Positions 19,015 to 28,412 of a DNA stretch of 46,024 bases are shown in pieces. Source of the stretch: Pseudomonadota bacterium (GTDB lineage: Bacteria; Bdellovibrionota_B; Oligoflexia; Oligoflexales; CAIMVM01); contig JBAXBA010000024.1 of the NCBI GenBank assembly GCA_037142195.1, positions 1-46,024 on the forward strand, given 5' to 3'. The translations under genes and the position numbers were made by a program. Numbering within the stretch: the stretch's first letter is position 1; the number at the start of each line of letters is the position of its first letter. The notes beneath the pieces were generated by a model. The model ran no database searches. It saw only the letters and a list, made by a program, of their open reading frames with translations, and was not told the origin of the DNA.

Positions 19015-19818
19015 CTATTTATTGGTTCCGACATTTAGGAGGCCTTTAAAGTCATAGGGAACAACGATGGTTTGTACTTTTCCGTTTTTAATTCCTTCGG
19101 CAATGTCCGAAAGGGCTTTCGCTTCCATATATTTGATGCTCGCCTGATTGTTGGCTAGGGCGGAAAGTCTTTGTGCTTCTGCCTGGGCCGTTTGCACTTC
19201 AATTTGCTTTGTTTTCAAGTCGTTTTGGGCTCGAAGTACATCGTTTGCGGACGCGATAATTGAGTCCGCAGGTTGAATGTTTCTGATTTGGGCCTGGGAA
19301 ACCGTTATCGAGTTTTCTAATTTTTCATCTTTAAAGGCATCGCGGATAAATTCAAGAGTATCCGCTTCGATGATTTGGCGGCTGTCAGCTACCTTGAGGG
19401 CTTCATGCTTTCGAACGGCTTTATAGGCGGCTGATCTCGAAACATTCACCACATAGTTATACATGAGATACCAGTCACCACTTTGCTCTGCGTGAAATCC
19501 TCTGGATTTCGCCGTATAGAGTTCACCTACACTGGAGGGATTGATGCTGTAGACAATCATAATATCAAAATCTTTTAAGGTGGAATTGTCAGAGGTCTGA
19601 GCATTAATATTCTCTAAATTGATCGTAATATCCCGAACGGGAAAGGTGAGTACGCTGCCGACTAGGGTCTGATTGAAGGAGCCGGGTCTCAGCTCTTCCA
19701 AATTTACCTGCTTATCGAAACCGACCCTAAGTCCAACCTCGCCCGATTCAATGCGGATGCATGCGGTCAAAGAGGCGATAAGGAATAGGAACGGTGTCAC
19801 GTTAAAAAATGTCATCAC
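19015..19818 (-). CDS. SPFH/band-7 (prohibitin-like) domain lipoprotein
   Basis: Lipobox LTAC after a hydrophobic signal; band-7 core EVGLRVGFDKQV...; C-terminal coiled-coil QAQ..AEAQRL typical of SPFH proteins. Confidence 0.65.
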   Translation of the reverse strand: MMTFFNVTPFLFLIASLTACIRIESGEVGLRVGFDKQVNLEELRPGSFNQTLVGSVLTFPVRDITINLENINAQTSDNSTLKDFDIMIVYSINPSSVGELYTAKSRGFHAEQSGDWYLMYNYVVNVSRSAAYKAVRKHEALKVADSRQIIEADTLEFIRDAFKDEKLENSITVSQAQIRNIQPADSIIASANDVLRAQNDLKTKQIEVQTAQAEAQRLSALANNQASIKYMEAKALSDIAEGIKNGKVQTIVVPYDFKGLLNVGTNK

Positions 19819-20058
19819 GAATGGGCTCCCTTAAGATAAGTAAAAATGCCTTGTTGCAACTTGCTAAGAATCTATTCCGATGTAGAGCGCTTGTCATGTT
19901 CAATGTTTCTCTATTAAGAATCGGTTTTATCGATAAGAAACTCATGCAGCTGCTAAAATCTGATCTTTGAATAGAATTAAAGGTTGCGAGATAGGTGGCC
20001 TGGTTTTAAAATTACAACTCCCGTTTTTTAAATTAGGCTAAACCTCAGAGGTGGTGAG

Positions 20059-21930
20059 ATGTACAAACGATGGAAAGCTAGGGGATTTGCTCTTAAATGC
20101 TTGATGATTTTAGTGCCAGTGCTTAGTTTGAGCGGTTGCAAGGGGAAGTCGGAGCTTGGTTCCACAGAGTTAGAGACCTCAGGGGGATATGATGTGATTT
20201 TAGCCCAATGTTTGTCTCCTCAAGGGAATGGCGGCAACTGGGCCTCATTGCTAGGCTGGGTGTCTGAAGAAATCAACTTGCGTGTGTCTGAGGCCCGGCT
20301 TCTCACATCCCAAGGGAAAAAAGTAGGTATCTATTTGGGCTGTATGACTGGGGGAAGTTCAGGAAGCATAAGTACCGCGACTTTGAGCGCTCTTTTGTCC
20401 AATGGGCGTCTATTTCCAGGCAAAAATGCTCAAAGCCTATTTACAGCTGATGAGGGAGAACGTCTTGTTCGAGCGGTTCGTTATGTCGCCCTAGCGAGTG
20501 ATTTGAATTTTGGAGAATTAGCGAAGTTTTTTGGTCAAGCTTTTAGGACGGCGGCTTTGGCTTACATTGAGTCCAATAAGTATGTCAGATCTTTTGAGTC
20601 TTGGCGCGGTCAAGAGTCCCCCAGGTGGTGGTCAGGGGCAGCTGTCGATGCAAACCCCATTTTGACGGATTTTTCGACCTCTTTGCATTTAGCGACTACC
20701 ATGACTCGAGAGCTTTTGGAAGAACCCATAGAATCCGTTTTAAAGGGCGCTGAACTAGACCGCTACAAGCAAGATAAACTAACAAAAATTACGGATTTTC
20801 CCACTTATTTGAATATCGGGCAAATCCCATCTGAAAATTCGCCAGATGGCAAACTTTTAGCCTCTGCATTTTCTAAACAAGCGAATGCGATTGGCGTTCA
20901 AGCTGACAGGTTTGTAGCCAAGCAGTTTGCTTTTGGAGAGTATTTTAAACGTCATAGTATAAATCTGGGACCGGCTCTGGGCGATTATCCCCTCAAGAAG
21001 ACTTTAGAAATGCCGCTTTCAGACGGATTTTGCAGCATTTTGATGGGTCGATTAGCGGAAGGTGTTAAGGATTTGAATGTGACCCCCCATTACAAGACTT
21101 TAAATCCCGTCGTGTTTTGTAACGCGAAAACCGTTGATAAAATTCTTCATTCTAAACTCTACCGTACACACCTGGAACAGGGTCATCCCTTTGCGAGCAG
21201 ATTTATATATGCAGTAGTACCTAATATTCGCGGCGCGATTAAGCCGAGTATAAGAGAGCCCAATATGATGAAGCCGCTAATAAGTCCTTTTGGAAGCGGA
21301 GAGCTTGAAGTCAGTCAATTTTATTTCCCCGCCTGGGATAAAGCTAAAAACGGCTCTCTCACCTTTGAACTTATGGATGCAAAGTCCGTCACTCTAGGTG
21401 GTCGAACTTTTGCTCCCTATCTGGGTGTTGCGGGTGGGTTTCCTGATCGCAGGGTCACTGCATGGCCTGCATCTTATTATTTTGTAGAAGAATTAGAAAA
21501 CTCCCTTTCAAAACTGGCACCAGAAGTCAGAACTTCATTTGGGATGTTTGGACGAGAGAACTTAAAGTCTTCCCAAGCTTTTCATAAAGTCGTGGTCCGT
21601 GATGTGTTTTCTGAAAACCCTGAGGAGGCAGCGGTGAGTTCTGCAGATTGGAGCCAATTTATAGACTCCTGGTGCACCACGATGGGTGAGAAGCTCAAGG
21701 CAGACTATAAGACAAAAATTGAAAATATTACGGTCGATTGGGAAGTTTCAAAGTTGCCCGCCGCTCAAACTCCCGGTGGCTTGTCGAAATTGCTCGTAGT
21801 TAAAAGTATCAACGCGACCAGATCCCAAGGTGGGCAAGACCTTCCAGATCGCGGCGTGGTGTTTGATCCTGACGTAAGCTCCCCGCATGTGCCAAGACTA
21901 ACAAGTCCCAATACCTGCAGAGAAAACTAA
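20059..21930 (+). CDS. Hypothetical lipoprotein (623 aa)
   Basis: Lipobox LSGC after MILVPVLSLSGCKGK; no catalytic motif recognised; followed by a strong terminator. Confidence 0.55.
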   Translation: MYKRWKARGFALKCLMILVPVLSLSGCKGKSELGSTELETSGGYDVILAQCLSPQGNGGNWASLLGWVSEEINLRVSEARLLTSQGKKVGIYLGCMTGGSSGSISTATLSALLSNGRLFPGKNAQSLFTADEGERLVRAVRYVALASDLNFGELAKFFGQAFRTAALAYIESNKYVRSFESWRGQESPRWWSGAAVDANPILTDFSTSLHLATTMTRELLEEPIESVLKGAELDRYKQDKLTKITDFPTYLNIGQIPSENSPDGKLLASAFSKQANAIGVQADRFVAKQFAFGEYFKRHSINLGPALGDYPLKKTLEMPLSDGFCSILMGRLAEGVKDLNVTPHYKTLNPVVFCNAKTVDKILHSKLYRTHLEQGHPFASRFIYAVVPNIRGAIKPSIREPNMMKPLISPFGSGELEVSQFYFPAWDKAKNGSLTFELMDAKSVTLGGRTFAPYLGVAGGFPDRRVTAWPASYYFVEELENSLSKLAPEVRTSFGMFGRENLKSSQAFHKVVVRDVFSENPEEAAVSSADWSQFIDSWCTTMGEKLKADYKTKIENITVDWEVSKLPAAQTPGGLSKLLVVKSINATRSQGGQDLPDRGVVFDPDVSSPHVPRLTSPNTCREN

Positions 21931-21948
21931 AGTTAGAAGCAGAAGGCT

Positions 21949-21998
21949 GCATGGAGGACATTTGATCGTAGGATCCAATGTCCTCCATGCAGTTTTTT
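21949..21998 (+). terminator. Rho-independent terminator downstream of the 20059..21930 lipoprotein gene
   Basis: 14-bp perfect stem gcatggaggacatt / aatgtcctccatgc with a 14-nt loop, followed by agtttttt. Confidence 0.75.
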
Positions 21999-22104
21999 AG
22001 TGGATTGTTATAGAGAAAGCGAGAAGTCGGTTTTCATGGTAAGCAGATTGGTGCTTGTCTAAAGAAAGTTGCATAAAATCCGCCAAGAGAAATCCGGTGT
22101 TGAT

Positions 22105-22896
22105 TTAGGACTTCCTAAAATACTGTTTGAGGATGATGACAAAGAAATAGAGATCCTTAAAATATCTGACGCTCAGTCGCTTGGGGTCGTGGTAAAGGCG
22201 AAAAAGCCATTCCATACCTAGTCGGCGCATGATCTTCGGGGCGCGGGGAAGTGTTCCTGCAAGGAATTCAATGCCCGCTCCGATTCCGAGTAGGACTCCT
22301 ACTTTCAAGTGTTTCTGGTTTCGGTGGATCCAAATCTCTTGTTTGGGGGCTCCGACACCTAAAAAAACAAGATCAGGACTCAGTTCATTCAAGCGATCTA
22401 CGATTTCCATGGTTTGGCTAGGGTTCTTTTCAAAGCCTAAAGGAGGGCAGTGGGTCCACACCACTTCTAGGCCAGGATAGGACCGTGTTAGGTTTTCACC
22501 GGCTTTTTGAGCGGTATGGGGGGGGCCTCCAACGAGGGCGATGCGTACTTTTTTGCTACTTCCCTCTTTGCTACTTCCCTCTTTGCTACTTCCCTCTTTG
22601 CAAAGAGCTGGCATCAAATCAGCCCCTGTGATGACGGTTGGAAGAGGGGTGCCTAAGAATTGGGACGCCCAGAGTACGGGTCTTCCATCACAACAGACGA
22701 GCTTTGCGCCCTCATATGCGGATCTAAGCTCAGGGTTAGTTTCCAGTTGTAGAATATGATCCGTATTTGGTGTTACTATATAGTGAGAATTTCGTTCCTT
22801 TGCGAGTTCTAAAATAGATTCAACGGCTTGGTCAAAAAGTAGGCTAGTAATGTTTGCTTTACCTATTTTCACCCATTTATATGAAGGGACACTCAA
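22105..22896 (-). CDS. WecB/TagA/CpsF-family glycosyltransferase (N-acetylmannosaminyl-type)
   Basis: C-terminal GVGAPKQEIWIHRNQ...GVLLGIGAGIEFLAG is characteristic of the WecG/TagA family. The true start may be the GTG at 22872. Contains an in-frame 15-bp x3 repeat. Confidence 0.75.
   Translation of the reverse strand: MSVPSYKWVKIGKANITSLLFDQAVESILELAKERNSHYIVTPNTDHILQLETNPELRSAYEGAKLVCCDGRPVLWASQFLGTPLPTVITGADLMPALCKEGSSKEGSSKEGSSKKVRIALVGGPPHTAQKAGENLTRSYPGLEVVWTHCPPLGFEKNPSQTMEIVDRLNELSPDLVFLGVGAPKQEIWIHRNQKHLKVGVLLGIGAGIEFLAGTLPRAPKIMRRLGMEWLFRLYHDPKRLSVRYFKDLYFFVIILKQYFRKS
22552..22600 (-). repeat. In-frame 15-bp tandem repeat x3 (encodes KEGSS KEGSS KEGSS) inside the WecB/TagA glycosyltransferase gene
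   Basis: tttgctacttccctc x3 on the plus strand, plus a partial fourth unit tttgcaaag. Confidence 0.8.
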
Positions 22897-24059
22897 GGTT
22901 GAATCCTTTCCGAAATCGAAAATTTATATCTTGCCTCGCAGCGATTACATCTTCCTCTATTATAGCGCAGACCAGCGAACGAAGCGAAGAGGGCATCAAG
23001 GTTTATTCAGGTGGCTTTTACGCCCTCAGCGCCAGTCAAAAAGAAGGAGTCCGTTCGATTTCGGTGACCAGTGGTTTGGAATTAAAGACAGAATTTTTTA
23101 AAAATGAGAGAGATGTCTTAGAGCCGCAAACATTTAGTCTCTTTGGTAATTTGACTCAGATGTGGAACCGTAGGCCTCCACAAAGCCGCTTTGGACTAAG
23201 GTATTCTAAAGAGCTTAAATGGCGACGATGGGGCCTTACCCTCAATATGGAAGGGAGCGCAAGACAATGGCGCGAGGGAGAAGACGGTGCCTTGTTTGTG
23301 GATGCCGGTTCAGCAGGACCTGTAGAACGTCATCAATTCGACTATAAAGCTCAAATAGGTTCACGCTATCGTTTGACGGAAAGGTCTGAGGTTCATTTGG
23401 ATTTGAATGCAGGGCGTCAGCTGCACTATGCACAGGGCGATCGCTTTAAGCTTTCCACTGGCTTCAAACATGAAGCGAGTAGGACAATGAGTCATGAGAT
23501 TTCCTTGAGCAGTTCTTATTTCTTAGGAAAAAATCCTAATTTGGGTATGCAACAAGAGACGATTCAAGAATTAGAACTCATGAGTAGTTTAAAACTAGAT
23601 GAAGTCTTGCAGCTTCGCTGCAGAGGCGGGTTTGGCGAAATTCATGCGACCTCTCGCGCTGGTCAGTCCTTCTATTCAGGAGGATGCCTCGCAGACCGTC
23701 GGGCTCCCCTTTTTAAAGAAAGTTTTGAGATCACGAGATCCGTTGATAAAGACTTCTTTTCGGGAGACTTTATCGAAAGTGATAAACTGGAAATGGGACT
23801 CTCTCGAAATCTAGGTCTCAAGGACCGTGCAAGCTTCTATCTTGCTTATGTAGTTGACCGCGATGTCGGAGGTCCGCTCCCCGGGAATAAGAGGCGTCTT
23901 GACACCTCGGTCAATCTTATGAGTCCATGGGACGGTTTGAAAGGTAGAACGGACCTAAAGGATCCCTATGTGTTGACCGCTGCTACGTGGAGTTTTGAAG
24001 ACACCGGTTCCAGGCGTCAAGGCCAAGTGTATCAGATGGGAGTAGGAGCTCTTCTTTAG
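22881..24059 (+). CDS. Hypothetical secreted / possible outer-membrane protein in the polysaccharide locus
   Basis: Start is set at MKGHSRLNPFRNRKFISCLAAITSSSIIAQTS (signal-like). Alternating polar/aromatic pattern later in the protein. No specific family recognised. Its 5' end overlaps the divergent WecB-family gene. Confidence 0.35.
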   Translation: MKGHSRLNPFRNRKFISCLAAITSSSIIAQTSERSEEGIKVYSGGFYALSASQKEGVRSISVTSGLELKTEFFKNERDVLEPQTFSLFGNLTQMWNRRPPQSRFGLRYSKELKWRRWGLTLNMEGSARQWREGEDGALFVDAGSAGPVERHQFDYKAQIGSRYRLTERSEVHLDLNAGRQLHYAQGDRFKLSTGFKHEASRTMSHEISLSSSYFLGKNPNLGMQQETIQELELMSSLKLDEVLQLRCRGGFGEIHATSRAGQSFYSGGCLADRRAPLFKESFEITRSVDKDFFSGDFIESDKLEMGLSRNLGLKDRASFYLAYVVDRDVGGPLPGNKRRLDTSVNLMSPWDGLKGRTDLKDPYVLTAATWSFEDTGSRRQGQVYQMGVGALL

Positions 24060-24273
24060 TTTTAGGACTAAACGCTTCTTTTATTTTTAAATTCGACCTT
24101 GGGTCGTTCAATGCCTGTTATAGCTAGAAACACCCCAGAAATAAGATGTATCATAAAGAAAATTAAGAAAACCCCAAGGAGAGTTTGTCGAGTGATAGGT
24201 TTTCGGCGGATTCCAAGAATCCAGCCCGACACCAGGATGTTTAGCAAGCTAGCGATGGCCATGTGGGCATCTC

Positions 24274-24891
24274 CTATTCCGCGATGATAAAGTCGCCTCG
24301 GTCCACAATAAAAGAGTCATAGTCTTTAAGGCCGTTTTGTAGTTCTTTGTAGAGCACAGCAAAACGGCGTGTTTTTCCATCAGATGCTTTACGAATGACG
24401 ACGATTCTTCCCGTAGCATAAGGAGTCAGCCCTCCAGCTAGAGAAATCGCTGAAAGGAGGTTGGTAGGGCTATCTAATACAATCATCCCAACCCTTGTTA
24501 GTTCTCCGCCATAAAATGTACGGTAGCTCTTTTTAGATGCTAGAGTCAAAGAAAGACTAGGCTTTTTTAAAAAAGGAGCCGCCGCATTTGTTATCGTTTC
24601 TAATGCAGAAGACAGTGTCTTTTTGGCAATCTGCACATTTCCGGCGAGGGGCAGCGGAATATTACCGTCTTCAGAGATCGTATAAACGCCATCTAAGGTC
24701 GATCCCCCTACGGTTGCTATTTTCACTTCATCTAAAGGGCCTAAAATGTAGTCGCCTTGAGGGGTGAGGATTTGGGCTTTTGGCGCCTGACTTAACGGAA
24801 GAGCTAAAATGGAAGTTTGACAACCTGCAAGCGACATTCCTAAAAGGCATGCGGTCATCAGAATAAATAGGCACTGTGAGCGAGTTTTCAT
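24274..24891 (-). CDS. wza: Polysaccharide export outer-membrane lipoprotein (Wza-like, Poly_export + SLBB)
   Basis: Lipobox LAGC; the PES-like region GDYILGPLDEVKIATVGG...DGNIPLPLAGNVQIAKKT is typical of the Wza/KpsD family. The ATGA-type 4-nt overlap couples the stop of the upstream wzy-like gene to this start. Confidence 0.75.
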   Translation of the reverse strand: MKTRSQCLFILMTACLLGMSLAGCQTSILALPLSQAPKAQILTPQGDYILGPLDEVKIATVGGSTLDGVYTISEDGNIPLPLAGNVQIAKKTLSSALETITNAAAPFLKKPSLSLTLASKKSYRTFYGGELTRVGMIVLDSPTNLLSAISLAGGLTPYATGRIVVIRKASDGKTRRFAVLYKELQNGLKDYDSFIVDRGDFIIAE

Positions 24892-26276
24892 GTGTTTCCT
24901 TCTTTCAAACCCAAAGGGGATAAAGCAATTAAATAGCCGGCAACGCCGCCAGCCTCCGCAAGTAACCTCACTTCCCGCAGTCCAATATCTGCATAGATAT
25001 AGGAAAGGGTTTGCACAAAAACTAAGACTGCAATTCCGCCTAGTAAACAGCCCTCTAGCGAGGGAGACCTTCTGAACATCCTAAGGGCAAGACCTATGCT
25101 TAGAGCAAAAAAAGTCCCTAAGCCAGCGATACCGAGAGGACCTGCAAAAGTCCAAACAAAAAGCAGAGTGTTGTGGGGGATAAGATCATATTCGCTGTAT
25201 ATCGAGGCTATGTTGGGCAAGGGAAACACGATGGGGAATCGTTTTCCAAAACCAATACCTGTAAGAGGCGCATTGGCGATGGAAAAAAGGAGATTTGCGT
25301 TTTCGACTTGTCGGTATCCGGAAGAGGATTCACTGGGGTCCGTTAGGCTTTTGATGGCTCGTGCCGGAAAGCCGAGGGCCCCTGAGGTTTCCCAGGTTGC
25401 TGCTAAATAAAGAACTCCCATAAGGAGCGCTCCTAACATCCCTAAAAAATGGCGGCGATAGAATTTTAAGGGAAGTGATACAAATAGTAAGGCAAGCCCC
25501 ATCACCAGTCCCACTAATGCGGCACGGCGATCATTGACAAGAAATACAAAACCTAAAACGGAATTGGCCGTAATTGATAGAAAGATTTTCTTGAAGAGAT
25601 TCCTCTCCTTCAGCCAAATTAAGGCATTGAATGCGACCCATGCGGTCACAATGGAGCACGAGGTTATATGCTCGACGATGTATTCCTGGGTACCCTTGCG
25701 GCGCTCTAAAATATAGAGGAAGCTCCAGAGCCCTTGCAGCGATTTTACAAAAGTTGCGGAAGCGATAATGGAAAGAAATATCCAAGCCCTCTTCTGACTC
25801 GTGAAAAACGCAGCGCCTATAATAAGCCAGAGAGGAAGAGAGATGATGGCTCTTACTTGGGTGAGCATAACTCGAGAGTCGTTTCCGTGTCCCCATCCCG
25901 AGGTGATTCCAGCAAAAAATAGAAGGGCTAGGCTCGCGAGCATGGCGACAAAAATGTTTTTTGCGGTATCGTCAGGTAGTAAACGAAAAATTTTAGAGAG
26001 GGCTCCCCCGGCTAAGATCAAACTGATGAGTTCAAACGGTGTGACAGAAACCCCTGGTATACCCAAGGTGTCAGAAAAACTTGAGAAGTAAAGGGCTCCC
26101 AGGGTTTCAGTAATAGGTGTATAGTCGTAAAAGGCTCGTCCCCAGGGGGCGTCCAAAAAAAAAGCGAGTCCTAAGATGATACATGCAAAAACAAACCAAT
26201 AAGTGTCTTGGGAGCTTTCCTTTTCGCGAGGAACAAAACTTTCTTTATAGATATATTTTTCGGCAACTCGTTCCAT
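24888..26276 (-). CDS. O-antigen ligase/Wzy-like polymerase family integral membrane protein
   Basis: 462 aa, about 10-12 predicted TM helices with a large periplasmic loop; sits in the polysaccharide locus between wzc and wza. Confidence 0.55.
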   Translation of the reverse strand: MERVAEKYIYKESFVPREKESSQDTYWFVFACIILGLAFFLDAPWGRAFYDYTPITETLGALYFSSFSDTLGIPGVSVTPFELISLILAGGALSKIFRLLPDDTAKNIFVAMLASLALLFFAGITSGWGHGNDSRVMLTQVRAIISLPLWLIIGAAFFTSQKRAWIFLSIIASATFVKSLQGLWSFLYILERRKGTQEYIVEHITSCSIVTAWVAFNALIWLKERNLFKKIFLSITANSVLGFVFLVNDRRAALVGLVMGLALLFVSLPLKFYRRHFLGMLGALLMGVLYLAATWETSGALGFPARAIKSLTDPSESSSGYRQVENANLLFSIANAPLTGIGFGKRFPIVFPLPNIASIYSEYDLIPHNTLLFVWTFAGPLGIAGLGTFFALSIGLALRMFRRSPSLEGCLLGGIAVLVFVQTLSYIYADIGLREVRLLAEAGGVAGYLIALSPLGLKEGNT

Positions 26277-26279
26277 GAT

Positions 26280-28298
26280 CTAGGTTCCTACTAAAATAAG
26301 ACCACGGAGTTTAGCGTCGCCAATTTGATCTAGATTCCTCGCTAAATCGAAAAAAGTGGTTCGTTGTGCATCAATGCCAACAACTAAATCTGAGCACGCA
26401 GATACTATCTCAACGTTTTCGATAAAATGGGATTCCGGGAGCGAACGGACTAAAATCAGATCATAGAGGCTCTCTAACTCTTTAAAGCAAGGTACTAAAA
26501 AACCTGCAGCGAGGGCGCGAGTTCGTCGGCCAAGCATGGGTTTATTCACCGCTAAAAGATCAAAAGAGCGGGATTCGTCTCCCTTGATGACCGAGGTTAA
26601 AACTGGTCGCTGCTCCACCAAGTTGTCGATAAAATCTGGGGCGCTTTTGGGGATCATTTTTATAATGGGATCATTGGCATTGCCGTCAATCACAAGAATC
26701 TTGCGTCCCGTGTCGGTGGCGATGATATTGGCGAGGCTGTAGAGAAAGTCTGAAGTTACGTCGGAAGTGCCGGCTGATAAGACGCAGACGGTTTTACCTT
26801 CGCACTGTTGAAGTAATGAAAGCTCTACTTTTCTGTAGGACAAAAGGGTTCTCACTGCTGCGCGGTCTCCGGTGGCCAAGGAAGAGAGTTTCTCGCGCAT
26901 TTGATCGGCATTGTGGGGGCTAACTCTGGGATAGGTTTTTACGCTGATATCAGCAAGCTGCGCTAAAACATTTACACCCGTTGCTCGATAGGCGCGCCAG
27001 GCATCTCTGATGATAGGGCTTCGGACTTCCCTTAGGAGCACTAAGAAAAGGGAGCCGAAAACAGCAAGAACAAAGGAAGCGAGCAAAACCTGAACTTTCT
27101 TGCGAGACACGGGCTTCACCTCATAGGTTGCGGGCCTAATGACTTTCAATCTGGTGCGAAGAGTTGGGTCTGCAGCTTGTTTCAGAAGACTTTCGCGCTC
27201 TAACTCTAATTCTGTGATGGACTGCTTCAAGGAGGCTATTTGGGTGACTTCTAGGCGTCCATCCATGGAGTTAAAGGGGTCATCAGTAAGAATCCCGAGG
27301 CCAGGCATCATGGAGTCCGTTCTCATGAGTAAAAGTTCACGGCGGAGGCGGCTCAGGTTTCGAGCGGAATTTTCCACAGCGCTTGTATTGTTTACGGTAT
27401 TTTCTAATTCGGTGCGCTTGGCAGCTAGGTCAGGGTGAGTCGAGTAAAGTCTTGCAGAAAGGCGTTGGTACTCGCTTTCCAGTATGGTGCGGCGCTTGGT
27501 TTGATCGTCAACAACTGCCGCAAACTCACGTTCGGAAGCTTTGATGCGGTCCAATAGGTCCGATTCTTTCTGGCGAACGTCAATAGGGGTGTTCGTCGGA
27601 GCTCCGCGGTGTTGTGCATTAGTACCCGATTGAATTTTGACTCTTAAGTCTTGAAGTCTCTCCTGGGATCTTTTCATGGCTGCTGCCAGAGCATCGATTT
27701 TAACGGATAGACGACTAGCTGCCGAAGTGAGTTCCGAGGTAATAAAGCTTTCCATCGCAAGGGCTGCTAAATTTTGCGATTTTTCTGGCACATCATCTAA
27801 TATGATATTTAAACTTAATTGCCCAATCTCACTGTTAACCTCGGAGATGAGCCGTTTCGAAAAGTAACTTACCAGATTTGCGTTACGGTCAGACTCCGAT
27901 TCCACAGGCAATGGGAGAAAATTGGAGGTAAGCTTTTGAAAGGTGCTTGTCGTATCCAAATTGAGATAGTCTCCAAGCTTACTCAAAAAATAGGGGTCTG
28001 TCATTTTAGTTTCGAAGTTCCAGTCACTACGCTCGCCACCAACAACAAGTCCGCCTTCAAGGTTCATAATAGCCGAGTCATTGCGGCTAAAGGAAGCTAC
28101 GACTTTCGAGCGATACGAATTTTTCACAAAAAAAGTCAAGCAAATGCCCACGCTTAAGATCATAAAAAAGAGCAAGGTTGCAGGCAGCCAATGGCGCCTG
28201 ATGATCTTTAAAACAAATTCCCAATCGATCTTGGGAGGAGTGACGCCTCGCTCGCGTTTTTGCATCGGTCTATCCAAAGCTTGCATGGGTCTATCCAA
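26280..28298 (-). CDS. Wzc/GumC-like polysaccharide co-polymerase (PCP) with a degenerate, probably inactive, BY-kinase-like C-terminal domain
   Basis: N-terminal TM plus Wzz-like periplasmic coiled-coil region plus second TM (VLLASFVLAVFGSLFLVLL). The C-terminal ParA/BY-kinase-like fold has Walker A replaced (VLSAGTSDVTSDF in place of the BY-kinase P-loop GxxxxGK[ST]), Walker B YDLILVRSLP, and no C-terminal Tyr cluster. TTG start at 28298 with GAGGAG RBS 8 nt upstream. Confidence 0.65.
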   Translation of the reverse strand: MDRPMQALDRPMQKRERGVTPPKIDWEFVLKIIRRHWLPATLLFFMILSVGICLTFFVKNSYRSKVVASFSRNDSAIMNLEGGLVVGGERSDWNFETKMTDPYFLSKLGDYLNLDTTSTFQKLTSNFLPLPVESESDRNANLVSYFSKRLISEVNSEIGQLSLNIILDDVPEKSQNLAALAMESFITSELTSAASRLSVKIDALAAAMKRSQERLQDLRVKIQSGTNAQHRGAPTNTPIDVRQKESDLLDRIKASEREFAAVVDDQTKRRTILESEYQRLSARLYSTHPDLAAKRTELENTVNNTSAVENSARNLSRLRRELLLMRTDSMMPGLGILTDDPFNSMDGRLEVTQIASLKQSITELELERESLLKQAADPTLRTRLKVIRPATYEVKPVSRKKVQVLLASFVLAVFGSLFLVLLREVRSPIIRDAWRAYRATGVNVLAQLADISVKTYPRVSPHNADQMREKLSSLATGDRAAVRTLLSYRKVELSLLQQCEGKTVCVLSAGTSDVTSDFLYSLANIIATDTGRKILVIDGNANDPIIKMIPKSAPDFIDNLVEQRPVLTSVIKGDESRSFDLLAVNKPMLGRRTRALAAGFLVPCFKELESLYDLILVRSLPESHFIENVEIVSACSDLVVGIDAQRTTFFDLARNLDQIGDAKLRGLILVGT

Positions 28299-28412
28299 AG
28301 GTAGTAGCTCCTCAAAGATAATTTTTAGGGAAACCTAGCTGATATATTTGCTAATATTATGGGTTAGACTATCATATGTAGGTATCCTAGTCTATTTTTT
28401 GGAAGTTCTAAT
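28299..28412. promoter_or_regulatory. Divergent promoter region between the wzc-wzy-wza operon (minus) and the GT2/ATP-grasp operon (plus)
   Basis: 114-bp AT-rich intergenic spacer between divergently oriented operon starts; RBS GGAAG before the GT2 ATG. Confidence 0.4.

Noticed and set aside
26280-27000. Calling the Wzc-like C-terminal domain an active tyrosine autokinase
   Set aside because: Walker A lysine and Walker B aspartate are substituted and there is no Tyr-rich tail. Annotated instead as a degenerate pseudokinase domain.
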